DNA from: Bdellovibrionota bacterium
Lineage (GTDB): Bacteria > Bdellovibrionota_C > UBA2361 > JBGSMV01
NCBI GenBank assembly: GCA_044356455.1
Contig: JBIKWF010000057.1
Location: forward strand, 1 to 27,115
DNA: 27,115 bases
Reading direction: 5' to 3'
A model generated the notes under the pieces. That model saw only the letters and a list, made by a program, of their open reading frames with translations, ran no database searches and had not been told where the DNA came from. Below are positions 16,706 to 24,363 of the stretch, piece by piece. A program made the translations under genes and the position numbers. The number at the start of each line of letters is the position of its first letter. Position 1 is the first letter of the stretch.

Positions 16706-18220
16706 ATGTCGGAAGAGTTAGAAAAAACAGAGAGTAAATGCTGCGGTACCTGCGGTTGCCGTAATGCGTGCGCGGTTTCGCCGAAAATTGATCCATTGAG
16801 CGCTGCTTTACTTACGGACAAATCTGTAATCGTTGAAGCGGTTAAATCGAAGGGTTCGCCGCTTAACTTTGTGATGCCTGAGACTGTCGTCAGAAACCGT
16901 GAAGGCTTCAGCGCTGTACTACGTAGCAATGGACTGGCAGGCGAAGTGCTGTTCACATCGAAGCCTAATAAATCGCGGTCAATCCTCTCTAGCCTTGCGC
17001 TTGTTGATGCGGCAGTGGATGTGTCTTCTAAGGGAGCGCTCGTGCACTCGCTTGGATGCGGCATTCGTGGTAATAGAATTCAGACTTCCGGTCCGAAGTC
17101 TCAAGAGTACTTGTCTTCTGCGCTCCATCACGGAACAACGGTCAGCATCGATAGTTTTGATGAGCTACAGCAACTAGCCGAGATGCTGAGGGGTAATAGT
17201 GATTTACCCAACGCGCGCTTCTTAATTCGAATCTCCGGATTCCAATCGGAGCGCGTGAAATTCTCGCCGTCTGATGCCCCATTCGGGATTCGGTTCGAGA
17301 GAATTTCTGAGGCGCTATCAATAGCAAAGACACTTGGATCGCGGGCCACGTTTGATGGAATACATTTCCATCTATTGAGCGGCGATAAAGATGAACGTCT
17401 AGTTGCGTTTGAAAATGCGTTGGAAAGCATCCGGCACGCCTTCCAGATGGGGCTTCATCCCAAAGTGATCAATATAGGCGGCGGATTTAAGATTCAATAC
17501 GCAGCACTGTTAGATGAGTGGCAGCGCTTTCAAAGTTATCTACGTGCCTCAGTGCTTGGGAAAGTTAAGCCCATTACGTGGGATGGCTCGGGGCTCGGAC
17601 TACGAGCCGAGGAGGGAAGGATTGTCGGCGCACCCGCATTCGCCGATCACTTTCCAGCAGAGACTGGACCCGCAGCGCTCAATACCTTTCTCAATCAAAG
17701 GTCACCTCTATTCGATAACTGCTCCGTAGCCGAACTGATCCGCGACATGATGCTAGAGCTACGCGTTGAGCCTGGGCGCGCCCTATTGGATTGCGCTGGA
17801 TTGACTGTGGCCGATATCGCTTCTGTAAAGGAGTCGGCTGCTGGACAGCCACTCCTAATGCTTAACATGAATCATACTAACCTTCTAAGTAGGGAGCAGA
17901 AGTTGCTTACGCAACCGATTTTTATTCCCCAAGCTGCACGGGAGCCATCCACAAAGAGCTACTTTCTATTTGGGAATCTGTGCATCGCAAGCGATCTAAT
18001 TCAGTATCAGAAAGTCTATCCTGGCTTTGAGCCTAAGCGCGGCGATCTCGTGGCGTTTGTTAATACCGCGGCCTACCACATGGATTTTGCGGAAGCTGAA
18101 ATCCTGCATCAGGCTGTTGCTCGCAAAATGGCTGTGTTCGGCAGTGCCGACCAATTTATCTGCCGCGATGATAACTCTGTAAGTCCATCAGAGATCCGCG
18201 CCATTCAGGAGGGAAGATGA
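16706..18220 (+). CDS. fold-type III PLP enzyme, Y4yA-like / diaminopimelate decarboxylase superfamily (copy 1)
   Basis: FTSKPNKS (PLP Lys), HFHL, NIGGGF, EPGRAL, GNLC..SD, NTAAYHMDF. Confidence 0.85.
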   Translation: MSEELEKTESKCCGTCGCRNACAVSPKIDPLSAALLTDKSVIVEAVKSKGSPLNFVMPETVVRNREGFSAVLRSNGLAGEVLFTSKPNKSRSILSSLALVDAAVDVSSKGALVHSLGCGIRGNRIQTSGPKSQEYLSSALHHGTTVSIDSFDELQQLAEMLRGNSDLPNARFLIRISGFQSERVKFSPSDAPFGIRFERISEALSIAKTLGSRATFDGIHFHLLSGDKDERLVAFENALESIRHAFQMGLHPKVINIGGGFKIQYAALLDEWQRFQSYLRASVLGKVKPITWDGSGLGLRAEEGRIVGAPAFADHFPAETGPAALNTFLNQRSPLFDNCSVAELIRDMMLELRVEPGRALLDCAGLTVADIASVKESAAGQPLLMLNMNHTNLLSREQKLLTQPIFIPQAAREPSTKSYFLFGNLCIASDLIQYQKVYPGFEPKRGDLVAFVNTAAYHMDFAEAEILHQAVARKMAVFGSADQFICRDDNSVSPSEIRAIQEGR

Positions 18221-19542
18221 TCCTTGAAGATATTACAGAAGCGATTGGGAATACCCCACTGCTTCGAATTCCAAAATCAGTTACGAAGCTTGAACATATC
18301 GATCTCTTTGCGAAACTTGAGTTTTTCAACCCCTTCGGCTCAGTAAAGGATCGAATCGCCTGGGGTATGATTCGCGAAGCCCTGCCTGGAATTAGGGAGC
18401 GAGGGCAGGGCATAATTGAGAATTCAAGTGGAAATACCGCCAAAGCTCTCGCGGTAATCGCCAAACGTGCTGGAGTTCCATTCAAGCTTGTTAGTGCGAT
18501 GGTAAAAGTCAAAGAGACCAAGGATATTCTTAAGCTCTTAGGTGTCGAGCTTGAGGAGGTTTCCGGCTCACTAAATTGTTACGATCCAAGTGACCCAAAT
18601 GATCCGCAGTACCTTATCGAGCGAGAGGTGGCGCGCGCGCAAGGGAAGCTCTTTTTTACCTCTCAGTTTACTAATGAGTTAAATCCTAAAACTCATCGGG
18701 ATACTACGGCGGAGGAGATTGTTCGCGATCTTGGCTCAGTTGATTATTTCTGCTCAGGCCTTGGTACAGCAGGGTCAACTTTAGGAATCGCCGAGCGCCT
18801 AAGAGAGGTTAACTCAAAACTCAAGCTAATAGGAATAACGGCGGGTAAAAGTGATTTTATTCCCGGAATCAGAACGGTCGATCAGCTTCTTGAGGCAGGT
18901 ATTTTCACCCCTGAAAAGTATGATGAAATCGTTACCGTTGAATCGAGCTCAGCGATTGATGGTGTACTGTCCCTCATACGTGAGTGCGGTGTCTTAGGCG
19001 GTCCGTCTTCTGGCGCGCACCTTCAAGGCGCTCTCTCGTATCTACGTAAGATCGACAGCACGCTTACTAGTCGGGCAACTGCGGTAACAATCGTTTGCGA
19101 TCGGGTAGAGTGGTATTTGTCTTATATTCGGGAACGTCGCCCTGAGCTCTTTGGTGAAAAGAGAAAGTCTTTATCGATATTTTCAATTGACCCGCATCAG
19201 GTTGCGCGTGCTCCAGGTGTTTCTTTCAAGGATACAGAAGCCTGGGTAGCCGAGAACAATGCGCTTGTTGTCGACATCCGCGCTGCAGTTGCCTTTGAGC
19301 ACGGAAGTTTTCCAGGCGCCGTGAATATTCCGAGTGAGACACTTGAAAAGCTCTTGGATTCGAGAAGTCCTTTTGTTGGGGTCGAGAGAGCCGTGTTATT
19401 CGTTTGCCCCGTAGGTGATCAGTCTCGTCGATTTGCCGCTCAGCTCACTAGGCTGGGGGGTAGGGGATTTAGTCTCGAAGGTGGGCTTATGGCATGGAGA
19501 AGCTTTCGCAAGGTTAACGAGGGTGAATCGGCAGAGCTTTAA
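18217..19542 (+). CDS. cysteine synthase family (fold-type II PLP) - rhodanese fusion (copy 1)
   Basis: IGNTPL, KLEFFNPFGSVKDR, ENSSGNT, GLGTAGS, GPSSGA; C-terminal VDIR..F..G..PGA.NIP, VCPVGDQS, LEGG..AW. Confidence 0.9.
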   Translation: MILEDITEAIGNTPLLRIPKSVTKLEHIDLFAKLEFFNPFGSVKDRIAWGMIREALPGIRERGQGIIENSSGNTAKALAVIAKRAGVPFKLVSAMVKVKETKDILKLLGVELEEVSGSLNCYDPSDPNDPQYLIEREVARAQGKLFFTSQFTNELNPKTHRDTTAEEIVRDLGSVDYFCSGLGTAGSTLGIAERLREVNSKLKLIGITAGKSDFIPGIRTVDQLLEAGIFTPEKYDEIVTVESSSAIDGVLSLIRECGVLGGPSSGAHLQGALSYLRKIDSTLTSRATAVTIVCDRVEWYLSYIRERRPELFGEKRKSLSIFSIDPHQVARAPGVSFKDTEAWVAENNALVVDIRAAVAFEHGSFPGAVNIPSETLEKLLDSRSPFVGVERAVLFVCPVGDQSRRFAAQLTRLGGRGFSLEGGLMAWRSFRKVNEGESAEL

Positions 19543-19557
19543 CAGGCACTATGAAGG

Positions 19558-19672
19558 TTCCGCAATTTTTACGTAAATACCTCCAATACCCTTCAACAAA
19601 TTCTTCGTGCTAAGTGGCGAGAATGTTTATTTGTAGGACGTTGAAGGGCCTCGACCGATAATGTACCCGGGA
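19558..19672. repeat. right-end repeats of the island (putative arm/core-type sites)
   Basis: ttccgcaatt (19558-19567) is the inverse of aattgcggaa (10200-10209); cctccaatacccttcaacaa is the inverse of the TGTTG array; direct copy ttgtaggacgttgaaggg (19631-19648); gtacccgg (19663-19670) is the inverse of ccgggtac (10126-10133). Confidence 0.6.
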
Positions 19673-19724
19673 ACTTAAAATCCTGGGGCCAAAAGCCGTG
19701 CGGGTTCAAGTCCCGCCTTGGGCA
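19673..19724 (+). pseudogene. 3' half of intronless tRNA-Leu(UAA) (attR)
   Basis: ACTTAAAA-TCCTG-GGGCCAAAAGCCGT-GCGGGTTCAAGTCCCGC-CTTGGGC-A; no 5' half immediately upstream. Confidence 0.9.
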
Positions 19725-19873
19725 TACTGATACAAGCTGCCGCTGACGACGCTCTCGCCACACAGCGGACCCCGGGCGTAGCCTCGGGCGAAGTCGGGTC
19801 CCGCCGGACCGCGGCTCAGCCTGAAGTTTAGACGGGTTGGGCATTCTGTTTCAATCTGGGCGTGGGAGGACGG

Positions 19874-19990
19874 ATGCTATCAATCCGGAAGAACTTTGAG
19901 ATGTTGGAGAAGTGGATGGCGCAGTCGATAAAATTTAAGGTCACCCACCATGTGATGGAGTTTTTCGGCCTCTGTAACAGTTGCCAGTAG
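19874..19990 (+). pseudogene. C-terminal remnant of a Fur-family (possibly Zur) regulator
   Basis: Manual translation MLSIRKNFEMLEKWMAQSIKFKVTHHVMEFFGLCNSCQ* matches the Fur C-terminal F.v..H..E..G.CxxC pattern; an in-frame stop lies shortly upstream. Confidence 0.65.
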
Positions 19991-19996
19991 AACATG

Positions 19997-21469
19997 CTAT
20001 CCAACAGAGCGAAGCAACTGACAGAGAGCTTTAGTCTCCGCCAAGGTCTCGGTGCCCACACTGAGGCGAATTCCTGGAGAAGCTCCGCGATCCATAACGC
20101 GACTCGAGCATACGCGCGCGACATCAAAACCAAAGCTTGTGCCATGGACTAATGTAAGTGCTTTGCTCTGAGCCTTCGTCACCAGCGTGCGACAGAGCTC
20201 TTTGCAAGACTCAACAGATGAATAGGGTTCCCCATACTGAAGAAAAAGAAGAGTAGTATTAGGAGATTTTGAGGGGCTGACCGTCGTTACAGATCCTTTC
20301 TCCGTCAGAAGATGCGCTTCCATGTACTGCGCGTTCCGCCTCATTCGTGAGAGGCGGCGCTCAAGTACCGAGCCAAGCTCCGCCAAATCGGCGCCCGATT
20401 TTGCCCAAAAGATAGGTAGTGAGCAGGCTGCGGTGTCGGAAATTATGGTGCCTGAAAGCTGGCGCAGTCTGTCAAAGGAATTGGTGGAACCATAGGGGAA
20501 CCAAGTCACCAGAAGACCTCCCGGAACGGTGTCTAGTCCGAGCTGGAGATACTTGGCGAGGCTATGAACTATAACCACTGAATAGCTTGGCTGGTTCGCC
20601 TGGAGCCAGGCCACGATCTCCTTTGTTTTTAATCCGCAGGTATCGTCGATTATGAGAGTAAAAGTTTCATCAACATAGTTTGCTAAGAGCTCCATACACT
20701 CCTGCAAATTGGGACTGGCTAGCGTGAAGCAGTTCGCCACTGAATCGAGCAACAAAGCATCATAGGTCTGTGTTTGAAGTTCAGTTCGAAGCTCTTCCGC
20801 CGATTCCTCGTTAAACTCGCGATAGTTCTCCTTTGGTAAAAGACGCTGCAGTAGTTCTCGGTTTTCGCAGTAACAAGAAGTCCCGATGAGAACACGAGGT
20901 AACTTCCTGCTCGTTAAATATTGCATCAACGTTGAGAAGGCCGCCATGCCGCTGTGAAATGACCACGCCGCTAAAGGAGCCTTATCTTCGAAGCCAAACA
21001 GTTGCAGGAGCCGACTCTCTAAAGATTTCGCTATATAGTGACGCTCGCGTTTATAGAAGAAAAAATTGTCCTCTATGGGGCCCAGATTAAGTGCGGAGGC
21101 GCTATTCTTGTCAGTCCCAACTATAACGGGAGACTGCCACTCGTGGCCGCAATAAATTGAGGCGAGTTGGCGTATGAAGAACCTCATCGAATCGATATTT
21201 CGGTGCTTCAATCGAAGAAGTTCATCCTTGGTCGTAGGGTAGGAGCGGGCCCCAGTTGCCGCCTCTCTCGCCTCAGTGCCGAGACTTTCCAGCGCCTTTT
21301 GCAAGGTGAGATAGAAAGGCAATTGCTCTTGGCTTAGAGCGTGATGTCCGAGTTGGTCTGAGGTGAATTCATTCACTCGAGAAAGCAGTAGCCTAATGAG
21401 AGTGGCCTGGTCTTGAAGATCGGCCCTTAGCTCGTCAATCGAGTCCTTGAGGCATGATATCTCGTCCAT
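19997..21469 (-). CDS. divergent fold-type I PLP enzyme, Cys/Met metabolism (transsulfuration)-like, with N-terminal extension
   Basis: FHSGMAAF, IIDDT, VHSLAKY (PLP Lys), GGLL, GTSFGF, IRLSVG; coupled to the upstream gene (TAATG overlap). Confidence 0.75.
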   Translation of the reverse strand: MDEISCLKDSIDELRADLQDQATLIRLLLSRVNEFTSDQLGHHALSQEQLPFYLTLQKALESLGTEAREAATGARSYPTTKDELLRLKHRNIDSMRFFIRQLASIYCGHEWQSPVIVGTDKNSASALNLGPIEDNFFFYKRERHYIAKSLESRLLQLFGFEDKAPLAAWSFHSGMAAFSTLMQYLTSRKLPRVLIGTSCYCENRELLQRLLPKENYREFNEESAEELRTELQTQTYDALLLDSVANCFTLASPNLQECMELLANYVDETFTLIIDDTCGLKTKEIVAWLQANQPSYSVVIVHSLAKYLQLGLDTVPGGLLVTWFPYGSTNSFDRLRQLSGTIISDTAACSLPIFWAKSGADLAELGSVLERRLSRMRRNAQYMEAHLLTEKGSVTTVSPSKSPNTTLLFLQYGEPYSSVESCKELCRTLVTKAQSKALTLVHGTSFGFDVARVCSSRVMDRGASPGIRLSVGTETLAETKALCQLLRSVG

Positions 21470-22818
21470 TAGTTAAGTCCGAGAGGTTGCGCAAAAACCT
21501 TAGATAATGAGGTAGACAAGGGAGCAAAATTTCCTCGTTTCCACGCTGACAGGCCACCCTTTAGAGACGCAGCCTCGTAGCCTTGCGCACGAAGAAAAGC
21601 TGCAAACTTGCGAGAAATGGTTCCCACGCTACAAACAATACAAATCTTCTTGGATTGCGGAAAAACTGGTCCCTCTTCGATTATCTGCGTGAGTAGTTCA
21701 TCGAGGATGTTGATAGAATTGGGGATGTGACCGCGAGAGAATGCAAAGTTCCCGCGAATGTCGATTACTATTGCCCCGTCGTCGATCCAATTATTTAACT
21801 CCGAACCATCGATCTCCTTACTCTCTGCCAATTCTTCTTCTAAAAGAGAGTTGACTCGAGACCGCGAGGAGGTTTGTGTATTAAAAATGTCAGGGGAGTG
21901 GGTCTTCAAATAGGACATATAGGGCTCGATTCGATCGCACGCGATGAAGACTGCAGTAACCTTATCCCTTGGCCCTACCTTTAGTTCTCGCAGTTTCTTT
22001 CGCGCAGCCACGTAGGTAAGTCCAGAAGTTGGACCGCATAATAATCCCGCCTTTCTATTGAGCTCAAGCATTCCTGCTATTGCTTCATCTCGAGTACCTT
22101 CAACGAGGCCGCTAAAAAAATCTTTCTTAAAGAAGCCGCTTTCCCAAAGCTCGCTGGCATTTCTTCCTCCCGGCACATGATGCCCAGCGGCGGCAACCAC
22201 TCCCCAAATTTTCGAATCTGTATTTTCTTCTTTAAGTTTTTTTCCGACGCCCATAGCGGATCCGCATGTGCCAAGGAACCCGAAATAGTGGTCAACTCGC
22301 CCGAGGTCTTTCAGGATCTCGTTCCCGGTTGTCTCGTAGTGGGTACTGATATTTCGTGGGTTAAAGAATTGGTCTGTGTAAAAATACTTTTCGGGTTCTT
22401 GCAGCGCCATGCGACTTGCCACCGCTGTGAAGTCGTTTGGATCGAGAGGATCGGGACAATCGGAGAGGCCAGGAAGTTCCTCAATCTGCGCGCCAAGACA
22501 TTGCAGAACCATTCTAACTTCGGGCGTTTTGATTCTATTGGTTACTGCCTTAAAAGCTAAGCCCTTGGTTCCCGCTATCGCGCAGAGAGCTTTCGCAGTG
22601 TTGCCACTTGATGCCTCAAGAATGGTCTTGCCGGCGCCGCTTAGCTCGCCTAGCACAGGCTTAAGCATGGCGAGAGCCACCCTGTCTTTGAGTGAGCCAA
22701 AGGGATTCATGAACTCAAGTTTGGCGTAAAGCTCTACTTGGGGAATGCCGTGCACACTCTCAGGGATCAGTAATAGGGGAGTGTTGCCGATCAACTCTTC
22801 TATATGTTTAACTATCAT
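21469..22818 (-). CDS. cysteine synthase family - rhodanese fusion (copy 2)
   Basis: IGNTPL, KLEFMNPFGSLKDR, EASSGNT, GPTSG; rhodanese IDIR..F..GHIP.SINI, VCSVG, LKGG..AW; RBS GGAGA before ATG 22818. Confidence 0.9.
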   Translation of the reverse strand: MIVKHIEELIGNTPLLLIPESVHGIPQVELYAKLEFMNPFGSLKDRVALAMLKPVLGELSGAGKTILEASSGNTAKALCAIAGTKGLAFKAVTNRIKTPEVRMVLQCLGAQIEELPGLSDCPDPLDPNDFTAVASRMALQEPEKYFYTDQFFNPRNISTHYETTGNEILKDLGRVDHYFGFLGTCGSAMGVGKKLKEENTDSKIWGVVAAAGHHVPGGRNASELWESGFFKKDFFSGLVEGTRDEAIAGMLELNRKAGLLCGPTSGLTYVAARKKLRELKVGPRDKVTAVFIACDRIEPYMSYLKTHSPDIFNTQTSSRSRVNSLLEEELAESKEIDGSELNNWIDDGAIVIDIRGNFAFSRGHIPNSINILDELLTQIIEEGPVFPQSKKICIVCSVGTISRKFAAFLRAQGYEAASLKGGLSAWKRGNFAPLSTSLSKVFAQPLGLN

Positions 22819-24250
22819 AGCTTGTCTCCAAGTCCGGAAAATAGCGATTCTCGTCACAGAGAACGTGTTTCCCGTCTCTTTTTAGCACTACAAGTTTCTT
22901 TCCCTTAGGGTGTTGATGCGGGCTAGCTTCCTCAAAGTCCGAGAGGTATGCGGCGGTATTGAGGAAACAGAGCAAATCGCCCGCTTCAGGCCTTTCGTCA
23001 AATTCTATGTTACGTGTACTTAGCATGTCGGTCTCTCTACAGAGAATTCCGGCAATACAAGCTGAAAACGCTTTCTGTGAAGAACCGTGACTGCGTTTTA
23101 TCAGCAAGGGATCGGAAACTGCCTCTTTCCCGCGCTGAGATAAATTGAGCGCGTGGGTATTACAGACCATTAAATTCATGCCACTTTCTGCAGTCTTTAT
23201 ATCGATGATTTCCACCAGCGATACTCCACAATTGTCGAGTAAGGCCGATCCTGGTTCGACGGTCAGCGAGAAACCATTCTCAGTTATGAAACGGGCAAGG
23301 CTATGCCCATCCGGAGAGCGAGCTCTGAGAATTGCCCTCAACACGGGCTCAACACCCAACGTGGGATACCGGTTTACCGCTTGGGCATGGTTCTGGAGGC
23401 TCCCGTCACGCGCCATGGAGATTCCATAGGCGTGCTGTCTCCACGTGGGGAGGGGGGAGTTCGTTGAGAGATTGCCTTCAATAGTCTCGATGAATTTTTG
23501 CCAGCGCCCCGGTTCCTTTAAGTGGGGTTGTCTAAATCCACCACCAATATTCACCATTGTTGGGGTAAATCCTTGTGCGTATGCGTCAATGAGTAACTGC
23601 AAAAGTCCTTGCGCTTGGACTGCCCGATAGTCCGGATCCTGCTCCTCGGCGTGATGGTGAAAACCTTCCAGCGTGATGCGTTTGCTTGCGCGGATAAGAT
23701 CAAATGCAGTGGATATGTCTCTATGAGAGATTCCAAACTTGCTATCTTTGGGAGTGATTGAACGCTCCGAGGTCCCAGTGCGCTCAACACGTAAAAGAAT
23801 CCGTGCATTGGGGAGATTGGGGTGGGTGGCTAAGAGATCCGCAATACGCTTAAGTTCAGAGATCGAATCCACGCTTACTAAGCAATGTTGCTTCAAGGAG
23901 AGAAGGAGCAACTCTGGGGCTTTGTGCCCACTCACTTCGATTCTATCCCCGCGGAATCCGCTCGCGAGTGCAGACGATAGTTCCTCTACAGATGCTACAT
24001 CGATTCCGATTCCAAGTGCCTCAGCCTCACGAATGAAGGCTTGCGACTTCGTCGGCTTGTGGGCGAAGAGTACGCTCAACGTCACATCCTCGCTGCGGGC
24101 CACCGAAGTAAATTGTTCTAGGTTTTCGCGCATCAGGAGGGGGAAAATGAGATGAGTTGGCCCGCGATGCAGCAACGCACCCTGGAAGAGTACCCCTTTG
24201 TTCTGCAAGACTTCCGCTGTTTCTCTGTGAAGTCGGCCTTCTAGTCGCAT
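22808..24250 (-). CDS. fold-type III PLP enzyme, Y4yA-like (copy 2)
   Basis: FAHKPTKS, DVAS.EEL, SKFG, GFHHH, NIGGGF, EPGSAL, GILC.E.D, NTAAYLSDF. Confidence 0.87.
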   Translation of the reverse strand: MRLEGRLHRETAEVLQNKGVLFQGALLHRGPTHLIFPLLMRENLEQFTSVARSEDVTLSVLFAHKPTKSQAFIREAEALGIGIDVASVEELSSALASGFRGDRIEVSGHKAPELLLLSLKQHCLVSVDSISELKRIADLLATHPNLPNARILLRVERTGTSERSITPKDSKFGISHRDISTAFDLIRASKRITLEGFHHHAEEQDPDYRAVQAQGLLQLLIDAYAQGFTPTMVNIGGGFRQPHLKEPGRWQKFIETIEGNLSTNSPLPTWRQHAYGISMARDGSLQNHAQAVNRYPTLGVEPVLRAILRARSPDGHSLARFITENGFSLTVEPGSALLDNCGVSLVEIIDIKTAESGMNLMVCNTHALNLSQRGKEAVSDPLLIKRSHGSSQKAFSACIAGILCRETDMLSTRNIEFDERPEAGDLLCFLNTAAYLSDFEEASPHQHPKGKKLVVLKRDGKHVLCDENRYFPDLETSYDS

Positions 24251-24286
24251 CTTGATCTACACCCCTACACGTTGCCGCGAACGGCT

Positions 24287-24316
24287 ATTATTGCAACCAA
24301 GTTGCGTTAGTGTCAA
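24287..24316 (-). promoter_or_regulatory. sigma70-type promoter of the PLP operon overlapped by a Zur-like palindrome
   Basis: Minus strand TTGACA (24316-24311), 18 bp, TGc-AATAAT (-10 at 24292-24287); palindrome TGCAAC-caa-GTTGCG (24292-24306) resembles the TGCAAC-N3-GTTGCA Zur motif predicted for Desulfovibrio-type bacteria. Confidence 0.6.
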
Positions 24317-24363
24317 GGTTGTGGCAATACTGTGGCGTAGTAATCAGGAGTCGTTTTTGTCCC

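Larger units (their letters stand above)
10096..19680. mobile_element. ~9.6 kb genomic island inserted in the tRNA-Leu(UAA) anticodon loop; no integrase recognised
   Basis: Direct repeat ACTTAAAA at 10096-10103 and 19673-19680; complementary tRNA halves outside; related repeats inside both ends; accessory cargo. Confidence 0.85.

Noticed and set aside
10066..19724. Trans-spliced split tRNA or giant intron
   Set aside because: The anticodon loop is duplicated at both junctions, as expected for DNA integration, and no ribozyme core or pairing leaders adjoin the halves; not formally excluded without RNA data.
16706..24250. Calling the PLP genes lysA, cysK or metB
   Set aside because: Motifs support superfamily membership only; divergence, rhodanese fusion and context argue against housekeeping orthology.
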